Source: a virus (Duplodnaviria; Heunggongvirae; Uroviricota; Caudoviricetes). From it: DNA of 64,000 nt. The notes beneath the pieces were generated by a model. The model did not search any database. It was not told the origin of the DNA and worked only from the letters and a program-made list of their open reading frames with translations. The stretch is from the IMG/VR virus record IMGVR_UViG_3300044984_001938. One strand, 5' to 3'. Shown here piece by piece: positions 35,581 to 45,345 of the stretch (the stretch's first letter is position 1; the number at the start of each line of letters is the position of its first letter). The translations under genes were made by a program, and so were the position numbers.

Positions 35581-36039
35581 ATGAAGTGTTATCAATTGAT
35601 TGGCGTGCCGGGATCAGGTAAAAGTACCTGGGTTGCAGCACAAGACTGGCCCCTTTATTGTGTTCTTGTAAGCACTGATAATCATGTTGAAGATTATGCC
35701 ACTCTAATGGGCAAAACATACAATGAAGTTTTCAAAGAACACATGCCACGAGCAGTGGAACTAATGGCTCAGGATGTAGTAGCTGCACGAACTGCGGGCA
35801 AAGACATTATCTGGGATCAAACTAGTACCACAGTGAATAGCCGTAAGAAGAAGTTCAACATGCTGCCTAACTATGAGCATATTGCGGTGGTGTGTCGTAC
35901 CCCTGAAAGTGAAGAATTAGCCAAGCGTTTAGCCAGTCGTTCTGGTAAGAATATTCCAGACTATGTGATGCGAAGCATGATTTCAGGATGGGAAGAACCT
36001 ACGCTAGCAGAAGGGTTTACTGAAATCATCTATGTATAG
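35581..36039 (+). CDS. polynucleotide 5'-kinase-like P-loop protein (AAA_33)
   Basis: GVPGSGKST, STD, IIWDQT...R. Confidence 0.88.
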   Translation: MKCYQLIGVPGSGKSTWVAAQDWPLYCVLVSTDNHVEDYATLMGKTYNEVFKEHMPRAVELMAQDVVAARTAGKDIIWDQTSTTVNSRKKKFNMLPNYEHIAVVCRTPESEELAKRLASRSGKNIPDYVMRSMISGWEEPTLAEGFTEIIYV

Positions 36040-36052
36040 ACCTGCGTAAATT

Positions 36053-36080
36053 AAAATAGGACCTTCGGGTCCTATTTTTT
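36053..36080. terminator. bidirectional intrinsic terminator
   Basis: AAAATAGGACC-TTCG-GGTCCTATTTTTT between convergent genes. Confidence 0.9.
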
Positions 36081-36102
36081 TGGCAAATATTTAACTGGTA
36101 AT

Positions 36103-36666
36103 TTATTTTTTGCCAATAATCATAAAGCGAGTATATGACCAATTTGAGTATTCAACTAAATGTGCCCCACTAAAAATATGTTCTGACATTGGGTACTTAT
36201 TAAGCAATTCATCCAGTGATGATACACTTTGAGTTATTTCCCATCTGCCATTGTCAATAGGCATGTCACTAGATTGTATGCACATCAAACTGCCATTTGG
36301 TATATTATCATACCATTCATTTGATGTAAATTGATCTACACTACAATTAATAAACACTTCATTACTATCAACGAAAGTTATATTATTAACATCTACTACT
36401 TTATTAACAACTTTAGTAGATTCATATAACCAAGTATCGCATATTTTATTTGCGGCATTGATAGATTCGTCGCTTAAATCATATCCATTTATTATTTTAT
36501 AATATTTAGGTTTTCTTATAATCAGCATGAAAGCAAGTAAATTGTCCCAGCACCCTAAAATATTAAGTATGGGGAATTCTTTATTACCAATGGCTTTTTC
36601 TAACTCCTCACAAAGCCAAATCTTACTAGTTACTAATCCGTGCGAGAATGATTCAAATGGATTCAT
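36103..36666 (-). CDS. putative SAM-methyltransferase-fold protein
   Basis: ILNILGCW, GYDLS, VFINCS. Confidence 0.55.
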   Translation of the reverse strand: MNPFESFSHGLVTSKIWLCEELEKAIGNKEFPILNILGCWDNLLAFMLIIRKPKYYKIINGYDLSDESINAANKICDTWLYESTKVVNKVVDVNNITFVDSNEVFINCSVDQFTSNEWYDNIPNGSLMCIQSSDMPIDNGRWEITQSVSSLDELLNKYPMSEHIFSGAHLVEYSNWSYTRFMIIGKK

Positions 36667-37565
36667 TTAAATGTATCATTTTCTTTTATTGTAGTACCTA
36701 ATAATTCAGCTATGGTAGCGCCCCATTTTATACGATGCGTAGTTAGCCTTACTTTTTTAAATAGTTCTAATCTAAAGAGGTGTAGATGAAAATTTTGTTG
36801 TTTATTGTTTTCCCAACCAAAACTTTTTATCCTCGGCTCTATCATGGGTTCAAGTTTACTGAACATTCTTTGTTTAAGTTGGGCAAGATTTTCATTACCA
36901 GTAAAACCTTCGTGGTGTTGTATATGTAGTTCCATTATTTTATAACTGGATTCTAAGCTATGACTTATCATATTACCAATTCCATATATACCTTTATCTT
37001 GCATAAATCTTTCATAACTAGAAAACTCTAGTTTAAAGGGTGAAAGTATCTTATCAACCTTGTTAGTTTGAACCCAAGGCCAATCTCCTCCTATAATAGG
37101 AAAGTGACTACATTGTTCTATTAACCACATGTGTGTTGCAATATGCGGTTCTGATATATAATACGGTGTTAAATAATCATAAAATTTTCCACTTTGAAAA
37201 AATTCTACAGCATCTAGTTCTAGAATGGTGTGAGGTACATCTTGTTCCCTGCAGAATTTCTCTGCATAATATAGATCATGTGTATTAATAATCATTCCGT
37301 TAATTCTTATTAATAATGTAATAGCTTTAACAGGGATATTTTTACGCAAACACGACATTAGAACTAATTCACTATCCAATCCACCACTGTACAGTACCTC
37401 AACATATTTTGTTTGTCTGTTTGCCAAATGATCATAAAATATATCAGCAATATCTCTACCTCGTTCAAAATCTACATCTAATAACTCAGTGGTAAAATGG
37501 TTACAGTTTTCATGTAGTTCAAGTGAACATTTTTTGTAGTTTTGTAATCCAACATTCCATTCCAT
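36663..37565 (-). CDS. PP-loop (asparagine-synthase-like) protein
   Basis: VLYSGGLDSE; paralogue of 6206-7123. Confidence 0.7.
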   Translation of the reverse strand: MEWNVGLQNYKKCSLELHENCNHFTTELLDVDFERGRDIADIFYDHLANRQTKYVEVLYSGGLDSELVLMSCLRKNIPVKAITLLIRINGMIINTHDLYYAEKFCREQDVPHTILELDAVEFFQSGKFYDYLTPYYISEPHIATHMWLIEQCSHFPIIGGDWPWVQTNKVDKILSPFKLEFSSYERFMQDKGIYGIGNMISHSLESSYKIMELHIQHHEGFTGNENLAQLKQRMFSKLEPMIEPRIKSFGWENNKQQNFHLHLFRLELFKKVRLTTHRIKWGATIAELLGTTIKENDTFK

Positions 37566-37621
37566 GCATCTATTTATTACATTAATATTAGTATATTTAA
37601 AAAATACTAAATAGCAATGTC

Positions 37622-38092
37622 ATGTTTCAATTTATTACTGACCTATCACACACATTATTGTCTTTTATAAAAGATGATCCGGTTCGTCCTGAAATATCAA
37701 CTGACTTTAGAGTTAGTGATGGTAGAGTGGTAGCAGCATTAACAGATGAAGAACAAAAACCAGAAGCAATAGTGTGTGTTAGCTTCCATGACTTTGTTCC
37801 TGCAGGAATAGAAGATTTACAGAAAACTACCCAAGAGCCCACGACGGCCACATTTTATACTATTTGGAGCTATAAGCCGGGGTCTGGTAGAGAACTACTT
37901 ATTCAAGCAGTAAAAGGAATTCAAGCACAATATCCTGGCGTTACAAGATTCGTGACACTAAGTCCTAAGACAAGCATGGCCCGAAGATTCCATCTTAAGA
38001 ACGGGGCTATCATTTTCAGGGAAAACATAGATACTACCAACTATGAATATCTGACCGAATCTCCCAAGGAAATTCCCAAAAATACCATTTGA
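37622..38092 (+). CDS. hypothetical protein, GNAT-like
   Basis: FYTIWSYKPGSGRELL. Confidence 0.6.
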   Translation: MFQFITDLSHTLLSFIKDDPVRPEISTDFRVSDGRVVAALTDEEQKPEAIVCVSFHDFVPAGIEDLQKTTQEPTTATFYTIWSYKPGSGRELLIQAVKGIQAQYPGVTRFVTLSPKTSMARRFHLKNGAIIFRENIDTTNYEYLTESPKEIPKNTI

Positions 38093-38123
38093 CAAAAAAT
38101 GGTTTAGGGTGTATACTATGGGT

Positions 38124-38639
38124 ATGCTGACAGAACACCTGAAATCGCGTCACCTAGACTTGGAACTTCACCGGCCCGTGCTTGATGAAGCAGAAGGTGT
38201 TGCTACATTTTACTTGTGGAATCTAAGCGGACAGCTGGTTGGGTTTCAGCAATACCGCCCGCTAGGCAAGAAAAAGCCCCAAAATAACCCCAAAGAAGGT
38301 AAGTATTTCACATACAGAAACCGGCCCACGCACACGGTTTGGGGCGTTGAGAGCCTGGATCTAAGCCCCTCAGTCGTGTTTGTGTGTGAGGGGGTGTTTG
38401 ATGCGGCCCGACTCACTGAGCGTGGATTTAGTGCGTTGGCCGTGCTATCTAACAACCCCAACAGCGACTTACGCAACTGGTTATCGTGTCTGAATCGTCG
38501 GGTTGTATCAGTTTGTGACAATGATGATGCAGGCCGCAAGCTAGCCAAGTTCGGAGACTGTTGTGTTTTTACAACAGATAATGATCTTGGGGATAGTGAC
38601 TCGGATTTTGTCTCATCCTTACTGGAAACTTATGGTTGA
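38124..38639 (+). CDS. Toprim-domain primase-like protein
   Basis: FVCEGVFDA, AVLS, VCDNDDAGRK. Confidence 0.85.
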   Translation: MLTEHLKSRHLDLELHRPVLDEAEGVATFYLWNLSGQLVGFQQYRPLGKKKPQNNPKEGKYFTYRNRPTHTVWGVESLDLSPSVVFVCEGVFDAARLTERGFSALAVLSNNPNSDLRNWLSCLNRRVVSVCDNDDAGRKLAKFGDCCVFTTDNDLGDSDSDFVSSLLETYG

Positions 38640-38670
38640 CATTAAATGTGGTTGGGTATATAATACACTT

Positions 38671-39012
38671 ATGAACTTGAAAAACACCCGCAAACGCAGA
38701 ACTGATCGTAATCAAGTCTTGTATTTTATTCAAGATGTAGTAACGGAAGAGACTTATATTGGTCTGACTGCTATGAGTTTCGCGGGAAATGTGCGTAAAA
38801 CTTTGAACCGTCGTATGCAGAAACATATGCAACGGGCATTGACTGAGCAGAAGAATTGGGGTTTGTCTTGTGCATTGCGTGAGCGTGGTGCCGAGCGTTT
38901 TGTATTCGGCATGATTGAAATTGTGCGAGGCAAGCGTCCTGCACATGCTCGTGAAACTGAATTGATTAACACATTACAGCCAGCATTGAACACTTTTGGA
39001 GTTAAAGAATAA
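38671..39012 (+). CDS. GIY-YIG-like protein
   Basis: LYFI...YIGLT..R..KH; ARETELI. Confidence 0.6.
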   Translation: MNLKNTRKRRTDRNQVLYFIQDVVTEETYIGLTAMSFAGNVRKTLNRRMQKHMQRALTEQKNWGLSCALRERGAERFVFGMIEIVRGKRPAHARETELINTLQPALNTFGVKE

Positions 39013-39260
39013 TGCAATACATTCTCACGCAAGAAGAATACGATAAACTCAAGTCAGATCAAACACCGCGACTTGCTTTATCCAACAGTAAGCTACAAAA
39101 GTTGTGTACAAAAATCTGTGATGAGATGCCGATTGATCGTCCATGGAGCCAGGAAGATCCTAAGCCTTGGGGTTGCATTCTCAGTACTAGTGACTGGTAC
39201 TGCGATTTGTGTCCGGTACAAAAGATTTGCCCCCACACTGCTAAAGAATGGAGCAAGTAA
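39012..39260 (+). CDS. hypothetical Cys-rich protein
   Basis: ORF; YCDLCPVQKICP. Confidence 0.7.
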   Translation: MQYILTQEEYDKLKSDQTPRLALSNSKLQKLCTKICDEMPIDRPWSQEDPKPWGCILSTSDWYCDLCPVQKICPHTAKEWSK

Positions 39261-39445
39261 TGAAAACAGAATTTGAAATGACATTGTTTGATGATGCGGA
39301 AACAGCAAAGAACTTGACCATGCTAAATCGTCTTGAAGCATTGTTTGATCATTCAAAGAACAGTTTGCCAGAAGAATACTTTTGGTTCAGCGACAATTTG
39401 CCAGTAGGTTCTCGGGTGAAAATTACATTTGAGGTTATAGAATGA
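39260..39445 (+). CDS. hypothetical protein
   Basis: Translationally coupled ORF. Confidence 0.65.
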   Translation: MKTEFEMTLFDDAETAKNLTMLNRLEALFDHSKNSLPEEYFWFSDNLPVGSRVKITFEVIE

Positions 39446-39672
39446 AAACAGTATGGGTAATTTGTGAAACTGTGGACTTGGGCTATCACATGATCAAAGC
39501 CTACGATTCATACGACAAGGCGAATGCTGAGTTTGAACGAATGCAAGCCAAGGCCATTGTTGATAAAGTAACGGCATTGATGGTACACTGTGCCTACACA
39601 TTGGAGTCAGCAACAAAGTATGCTAACAGTGTACAATACTATGAACTGAACAGTATTGAGGTGGAAGAATGA
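39442..39672 (+). CDS. hypothetical protein
   Basis: ATGA-coupled ORF. Confidence 0.7.
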   Translation: MKTVWVICETVDLGYHMIKAYDSYDKANAEFERMQAKAIVDKVTALMVHCAYTLESATKYANSVQYYELNSIEVEE

Positions 39673-39941
39673 ACAAACGAATTGAAAAGTTAGCTGTCAT
39701 CTGGGCCAATCGTAGAGACAAAGATGAAAAGTTGGGCATCACATATACCTTTAGTGAACCAGCATTGGAAATGTTCACCGGACTGATTATTAAAGAATGT
39801 ATGCGGCAGGTTGAAGAACAATATCTGCCTGTACTAGAAGATAAAGAAATGATGAAGGATACGCATTGGGATGGTTATGTCCAGTGTGGTGTTGATAGTT
39901 ATGTGGCCATTAGAGAACATTTTTACGGAGAGGAAGAATGA
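39669..39941 (+). CDS. hypothetical protein (MNxRI family)
   Basis: Paralogue of 47567 and 48030. Confidence 0.7.
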   Translation: MNKRIEKLAVIWANRRDKDEKLGITYTFSEPALEMFTGLIIKECMRQVEEQYLPVLEDKEMMKDTHWDGYVQCGVDSYVAIREHFYGEEE

Positions 39942-40246
39942 ACACGATTACTTGTCAATTTTGCGGTGACACTTATCCGGGCTTTGATGTTGCTCATGTC
40001 TGTAGTAAAGGTCCATATGCTTATAAAAAGCCCACACCAAGCGTTTCTGCTGATGTACTCAAAATGTGGGCTGATCCCAGATTTCAAATTCTATCAGAAG
40101 TTGATAAATTACTCACCGCTAGTAAAATGTGGGACGGTATGAATTGGTCCTATCATTCCATTCATCCGATTAAGTATCGCCCGGTGTCTGAAAAGGTTCG
40201 CCGAGCATTGTACGATCTTCAAATTGAATACGGAGTTGACGAATGA
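39938..40246 (+). CDS. hypothetical protein
   Basis: Coupled ORF with an N-terminal CxxC. Confidence 0.7.
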   Translation: MNTITCQFCGDTYPGFDVAHVCSKGPYAYKKPTPSVSADVLKMWADPRFQILSEVDKLLTASKMWDGMNWSYHSIHPIKYRPVSEKVRRALYDLQIEYGVDE

Positions 40247-40542
40247 TGGACTATAAATTTATTGGTTGGAACAAAGAAGATGGATCTGACAAAGTTTGGG
40301 GTGCTATCTATCTAGCAGATTTCTCCGTAAATTTTTGTCCTAATGTATTGATTTTCTGGGGTCGTAGAGGTAAGAAACTGCAAACTAAAATGGATCGTGA
40401 CGGATGGGACTTAGATAAATTGGTCAGAGAAAAACAAAATAAAGGTTATCAATTGATCAAGGAGCATGAACTAAAAACTGTATATCCAGAATTTGAAAGT
40501 GATTTGGAAAAAACTACAATGTGGGCACTGCTTAAACTATGA
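40243..40542 (+). CDS. hypothetical protein (WGR-like motif)
   Basis: SDKVWG...FWGRRG...K..KGY. Confidence 0.6.
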   Translation: MMDYKFIGWNKEDGSDKVWGAIYLADFSVNFCPNVLIFWGRRGKKLQTKMDRDGWDLDKLVREKQNKGYQLIKEHELKTVYPEFESDLEKTTMWALLKL

Positions 40543-40775
40543 ACTCAGCACAGCGAAGAAAAAATAAACGGGAACATCCCTACTGTATTTCAATAAATAT
40601 CAGTCATAATGAACAGCATTTTGATTATGTAGATAGAGTCAATCTTGCTATTGCGTGGTGTAAAAAGAAATCTACCAGTGGTTATGTTATTAAAACCGCA
40701 GCAAACCGATACCGCAGCGTTTTTAAATTCGCTGAAAGAAAAGATGCAGTATTTTTTGGATTGAAATTTTTATGA
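40539..40775 (+). CDS. hypothetical protein
   Basis: Coupled ORF. Confidence 0.65.
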   Translation: MNSAQRRKNKREHPYCISINISHNEQHFDYVDRVNLAIAWCKKKSTSGYVIKTAANRYRSVFKFAERKDAVFFGLKFL

Positions 40776-40966
40776 AAACTAAAGCAGAAATCATCAACAG
40801 CATGTGCTATACTTATAGACATGATTATGGGTTGCGTAAAGAACCAGATGATCCCACTTGGACAAGTGGTATGACAGAGCAGGATGCCATAATGCTTTAC
40901 AAAACGATGGAACAGATATATAATAACGATATTGAACCTATTCTTGAACACTACAAAGGAAAATAA
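40772..40966 (+). CDS. hypothetical protein
   Basis: Coupled ORF. Confidence 0.7.
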   Translation: MKTKAEIINSMCYTYRHDYGLRKEPDDPTWTSGMTEQDAIMLYKTMEQIYNNDIEPILEHYKGK

Positions 40967-40967
40967 A

Positions 40968-41492
40968 ATGAAACTAAGTACAGTAAACAATATATTTAAA
41001 CATCAAATCTCCAATGGAGGTAAGTTTTGTTGGGCTTGTTATGGCCCTAATGCACGGAGTATAGATTATACCAGTGACTATGCACATGGTTATGTAGTTT
41101 TTGACACAGAAAATCATACTGTGTATTCAATAGAAGTTAGTCCAAACATGAACCGAGTGAACGATGATGAACCAAAGCCCTATCGTTGGCTTAATCCAGA
41201 TCACCTAGATGTTTACTATTCCGAAGCTGAACAGCGCAAAATTGATCCTGATCAAGCATGGGATGATGTAAAGTGGATCGACTGCGATTTAGCAGAAGAT
41301 TTTATTGAAAAGGCCACAGCTATGTTTAACGGTGACCCTTTTGATACTCGTATTTCAATCCCGATTGATTTAGACAGTGATACCATGTTGCAATTGGCAA
41401 TGGAAGCACATAAGCGTGATATCACATTGAATAAGATGGTTGAAGTAATATTGCAGCAAGTAATTAACGAACATGAAGTTAATCGCACCTAA
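40968..41492 (+). CDS. hypothetical protein
   Basis: Start re-placed at ATG 40968. Confidence 0.7.
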   Translation: MKLSTVNNIFKHQISNGGKFCWACYGPNARSIDYTSDYAHGYVVFDTENHTVYSIEVSPNMNRVNDDEPKPYRWLNPDHLDVYYSEAEQRKIDPDQAWDDVKWIDCDLAEDFIEKATAMFNGDPFDTRISIPIDLDSDTMLQLAMEAHKRDITLNKMVEVILQQVINEHEVNRT

Positions 41493-41763
41493 TATACTCA
41501 AGTACATCAACCATGACTATTCAACAAACCCTTTTCGTTTTGTCGTTGAAGTTACAGCTTGGATGCTTAGTATCGGATGTGCGGTCACTATGGCGCTTAC
41601 AGTACCGACTCCGCCTCTTATCATTTTGTACCCTATTTTTATTGCTCAATGTGTTATGTTTGGTTGTTGTGCGTATAGTCGTAAATCATTTGGCATGATT
41701 GCCAACTATGCTTTACTTGTAACTATTGATTGTGTTGGTCTTGCTCGTATGTTAATTAATTAA
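41473..41763 (+). CDS. small membrane protein
   Basis: Three hydrophobic segments. Confidence 0.7.
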   Translation: MKLIAPNILKYINHDYSTNPFRFVVEVTAWMLSIGCAVTMALTVPTPPLIILYPIFIAQCVMFGCCAYSRKSFGMIANYALLVTIDCVGLARMLIN

Positions 41764-41772
41764 GGAAATATT

Positions 41773-42300
41773 ATGAAAAAATCTCAAAAACTTGAATCTA
41801 AAATTGAATCTAGTAATCTTGAACACGGTTGGGTCAAGACAGGTGACAACTCTTGGGTTGCTACACTACAAGAAGATCCAGATACAGGTGACTTGATTTT
41901 ACCATTGCCAGATGAAGTAATGGAATCAAATGGATTTGAAATTGGTGATGTGTTACAGTGGAAAGATAATAAAGACGGAACATTTAGTTTTGCCAAGAAA
42001 GCATCCGAGGAAACTGAGTGGGTGTTGGTTGAATGTGTAAGTACATTCCGTCAACGATATATGGTGGAAGTGCCCAGAGGTGAGACTATATGGGCATTAG
42101 ATACAGTAACAATGAGTGAAGCTAAAGAATTCAGCCAAGAATTTCTTGGTGAGCAGATTGTTAGTCATCGTGTTGTTTCCAAGAAAGAAGCCTTGGCAAT
42201 GTGCGACCAAGACAATGATTACATTAAAGACTGGAACAAAGAACAGAAAATGAAAAGTTTTTTCACCACATGGGAAGAACAACAAAATGGAAACACTTGA
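41773..42300 (+). CDS. hypothetical protein with AbrB/SpoVT-like N-terminus
   Basis: GDLILPLPDE...FEIGDVLQW. Confidence 0.65.
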   Translation: MKKSQKLESKIESSNLEHGWVKTGDNSWVATLQEDPDTGDLILPLPDEVMESNGFEIGDVLQWKDNKDGTFSFAKKASEETEWVLVECVSTFRQRYMVEVPRGETIWALDTVTMSEAKEFSQEFLGEQIVSHRVVSKKEALAMCDQDNDYIKDWNKEQKMKSFFTTWEEQQNGNT

Positions 42301-42616
42301 AATACTAACAACTCCGCAAAACCCAACCAAAGATTGGGGTGACAAAGAATGGAACAAGTTTGCCAAATGGTTGAATGGTATGCTTAAGATAAATGAAAGT
42401 ACCACAGTTACATTCACTAAGCAGGATGGAACTGAACGGGTGATGAACTGTACATTGAAACCTGAATTGCTTCCTGTAGTTGAAACAAACCCATTAGCAG
42501 AAGGGAAGCAACCTCGCAAAGAATCAACCACTAGTATTCGTGTGTTTGATAATGACTTAAAAGAATGGCGTAGCTTTACTACAAAAAACGTCACTAGGGT
42601 TGAATTTACTATCTAA
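42287..42616 (+). CDS. WYL-like/SH3-fold small protein
   Basis: VTFTKQDGTERVMNCT...VFD...EWRSF. Confidence 0.75.
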   Translation: METLEILTTPQNPTKDWGDKEWNKFAKWLNGMLKINESTTVTFTKQDGTERVMNCTLKPELLPVVETNPLAEGKQPRKESTTSIRVFDNDLKEWRSFTTKNVTRVEFTI

Positions 42617-42630
42617 CTATCTAACTATAT

Positions 42631-43236
42631 ATGAACTATACTTACGAGCCCGAAAGCCTAGAATTTGCAACCCAATATTTTTTGGGTAATACTAAAGCAT
42701 TTAATGCTGAATCTAAAATTTGCAAGAATCTATTCTTAAATCATGCATCTGATAATAATTCTTCAACTTTACGTGAGTTAATTACCATAAATTATTTAGG
42801 TTATCAATCATTTTCAGAAAAACATGGTGCCGATGGAATAGATACTAACACAGGACGACTAAAAGAAGTAAAGCCTAGATATTTAAAGGAAGGTCAAAAA
42901 ATGAATACCCATAGTGGAAACTTTAATGACATGACATTTAAATTATTAGAAAAGAAAAAAGACTATGATATGGTTTGTAGTTTGTTTTATCACTCTCATT
43001 TGATTTATATTGTAGAATTTCCTATATCAGTTATTTTTGAACATTTAAAAGAACAATTATGTAACCAAATAGAAAAGGGAACTAATCGCAAAGTACTTCA
43101 TTTTGGTTATAGTAATTATGACTCTGATGAGTTGATAGTCCATTATTATAACAAAAACGTAGCATATGCTACGAATTGTCTTTCTAAGCCACACCAAATT
43201 ATGTTAGAATCTCACCTCAATGGTAAAACTAGTTGA
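42631..43236 (+). CDS. putative PD-(D/E)XK restriction-like endonuclease
   Basis: GADGID...LKEVKP; overlaps the MTase start. Confidence 0.6.
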   Translation: MNYTYEPESLEFATQYFLGNTKAFNAESKICKNLFLNHASDNNSSTLRELITINYLGYQSFSEKHGADGIDTNTGRLKEVKPRYLKEGQKMNTHSGNFNDMTFKLLEKKKDYDMVCSLFYHSHLIYIVEFPISVIFEHLKEQLCNQIEKGTNRKVLHFGYSNYDSDELIVHYYNKNVAYATNCLSKPHQIMLESHLNGKTS

Positions 43237-44224
43237 TGTTTTAAACAAACGTTTATCAACCCGAAATCTGTCTGATACAGATTTTGATGCCGCCGTTCTT
43301 AGTTTGGCTGTAGAGTTATCACAAACAAGCTATTATCCTCAGTATACTGATGATGAATTAAATAAAGACTGGAATAATCTTTGTAAATGGACTAGCACCG
43401 GTAATGACATTAATTCTACATCACGTATGGGGATGAAACTAAGTGAATATTTTTGTCCTAACTTTTATGATATTGAAAGTAGAACAGGTAATAGTTTTAA
43501 AAGTCTTTGGACTCCGCCTAACTTGGAAAAGATATTGCGCTGGAATCGTAAATCACATAGCACACCGTACCTTAGTGAATTGAAACGTGGGATTTACTTT
43601 TGTTGTGGTTTGACAAAGAACACAATGTATCGTCCACAGATGATGAAGCTAGCTTGTCTTAAGTACAAGCCTGAAATTGTTCTTGACCCGTGTGCTGGTT
43701 GGGGAGGACGTATGTTAGGTGCAGTAAGTTACGGTGTACAATATATTGCGTTTGAACCCAACACAACGACATATAACAATCTAATGAGTATGGTTAGTTT
43801 CTTAGGCATACAAAATAAAGTTACATTAATTTGTGATGATGCTCGTAATATGAAACAATACAATTTACCTAACGTAGATTTAGTATTGACAAGCCCTCCT
43901 TACTTTGATTTAGAAGTTTATACACATGAACAAACTCAATCAATATCTAACACACCAACTTACCAAGATTGGGCCGATTCATTCTTACGTGAGATAATTA
44001 AATTGAGTAGTGAACATTTAACTGTTAATGGAACTAGTTGTTGGAATGTAGGTAAGGTAAAAAATCGTGATATGAATATTGATGTTTTAAAATATCACAA
44101 TGAATTTGGATATGACAAGGTTGACATTTTAAATGTGATAAGTAGCAAAAGACAAAGCAATCAAACTACTGCAATGAATTCCAAAAGTTCTGACACAACA
44201 GTGGTTTATAAAAAGTCTAGTTGA
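43220..44224 (+). CDS. amino-type DNA methyltransferase
   Basis: LDPCAGWGG (motif I) and DLVLTSPPY (motif IV). Confidence 0.88.
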   Translation: MVKLVDVLNKRLSTRNLSDTDFDAAVLSLAVELSQTSYYPQYTDDELNKDWNNLCKWTSTGNDINSTSRMGMKLSEYFCPNFYDIESRTGNSFKSLWTPPNLEKILRWNRKSHSTPYLSELKRGIYFCCGLTKNTMYRPQMMKLACLKYKPEIVLDPCAGWGGRMLGAVSYGVQYIAFEPNTTTYNNLMSMVSFLGIQNKVTLICDDARNMKQYNLPNVDLVLTSPPYFDLEVYTHEQTQSISNTPTYQDWADSFLREIIKLSSEHLTVNGTSCWNVGKVKNRDMNIDVLKYHNEFGYDKVDILNVISSKRQSNQTTAMNSKSSDTTVVYKKSS

Positions 44225-44255
44225 CAATAAATAGAGAATATGTTATACTACGGGT

Positions 44256-44408
44256 ATGAAAAAGCAAATTTTCTCTTTCACTGTTGAACAGCCCAAACAC
44301 AGGGCTCATCGTATGTTGTTTCAAAACAACACACCGTTCAAACCTAAGGTTGTCCAATCCAAAGTATTGTACAATCGTAAATCCAAACATTCTAAACAGG
44401 AAAGTTGA
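44256..44408 (+). CDS. 50-aa basic protein, weakly ArfA-like
   Basis: After TTGACA-17-TATACT; PFKPKVV...YNRKSKH. Confidence 0.55.
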   Translation: MKKQIFSFTVEQPKHRAHRMLFQNNTPFKPKVVQSKVLYNRKSKHSKQES

Positions 44409-44409
44409 C

Positions 44410-44694
44410 ATGAACAACCAAGAATTACTGGAACTTGCAGCGAAGGCTTGTGGTTGGCAAGTGATCACACGATGGGAATTTGACGGCTTGAATGTCTATG
44501 TTAGCGGCAGTGGTACTAGAGTAAAGTGGAACCCACTCACTGACGACGGTGCCGCATTGCGGTTAGCGGTTCAGTTGCGTCTACCTATCTCAACCGATAT
44601 CTGTTTCGCGGAGGTTTCACAGGACAAGCAATGTGAAGTAACCCGCCGCGCCATCGTCCACGCTGCTGCGGAAATTGGGAGTAACATGACATGA
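44410..44694 (+). CDS. hypothetical protein
   Basis: MNNQELLELAAKA...WNPLTDDGAALRLAV. Confidence 0.7.
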   Translation: MNNQELLELAAKACGWQVITRWEFDGLNVYVSGSGTRVKWNPLTDDGAALRLAVQLRLPISTDICFAEVSQDKQCEVTRRAIVHAAAEIGSNMT

Positions 44695-44894
44695 AGATCG
44701 CCGCATACTTTGCATACATCTGGTGCGCCCTGAGTGTTGTTAGCCTTATTTGCTACGCTTTCACCGGACAGACCGTGTGGGCTCCATTGGATCCAAAAGG
44801 TGACGGATTGGCGAGATTCATCTTGCTGTTCATTTTGCACATTGGGGGGATTATTTCTCCTGCTGTTCTGGATATTAGGGAGGAAGAAGCATGA
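44691..44894 (+). CDS. small membrane protein
   Basis: Two hydrophobic segments. Confidence 0.6.
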   Translation: MKIAAYFAYIWCALSVVSLICYAFTGQTVWAPLDPKGDGLARFILLFILHIGGIISPAVLDIREEEA

Positions 44895-45277
44895 CAGTAC
44901 CACTGCCTGAGCCTTGGTATCACGAAAGCGGAGCCACCAGCTATGGTGGTGATCTTTTGCAGTACACACGAAAGGACATGAAAGCCCACGCCGCTGCTGT
45001 CAGTGCTGCGGACTGCGCTGCACTGTCCCAGAATCTTGGTGAATTGCTTGCAATCCTGCACGGTGATGGTGGGCACTACGAAACCGAGCATGGAACCGAT
45101 AAAGCCGTAGCCGATGCGCTAATCAAGCACTACGCACGGATTGTGAAGGCCGACAAGGAAAATGAGGAGCTGCGCGAGGCGTTGCGTGATATATATGTCT
45201 GCATAGGGCAAGGCGGTAGTGCGTATGAAATAACACAAAGAACAACCCCAATCATTCGTGCAGCATTGGTGAAATAG
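44891..45277 (+). CDS. hypothetical protein
   Basis: Coupled ORF, higher GC. Confidence 0.65.
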   Translation: MTVPLPEPWYHESGATSYGGDLLQYTRKDMKAHAAAVSAADCAALSQNLGELLAILHGDGGHYETEHGTDKAVADALIKHYARIVKADKENEELREALRDIYVCIGQGGSAYEITQRTTPIIRAALVK

Positions 45278-45345
45278 CGTTAATTGCTTGACATTAAATG
45301 ATTTTGGGTATATAATACATACTTAGATTGATTAACGGAGCAAAT

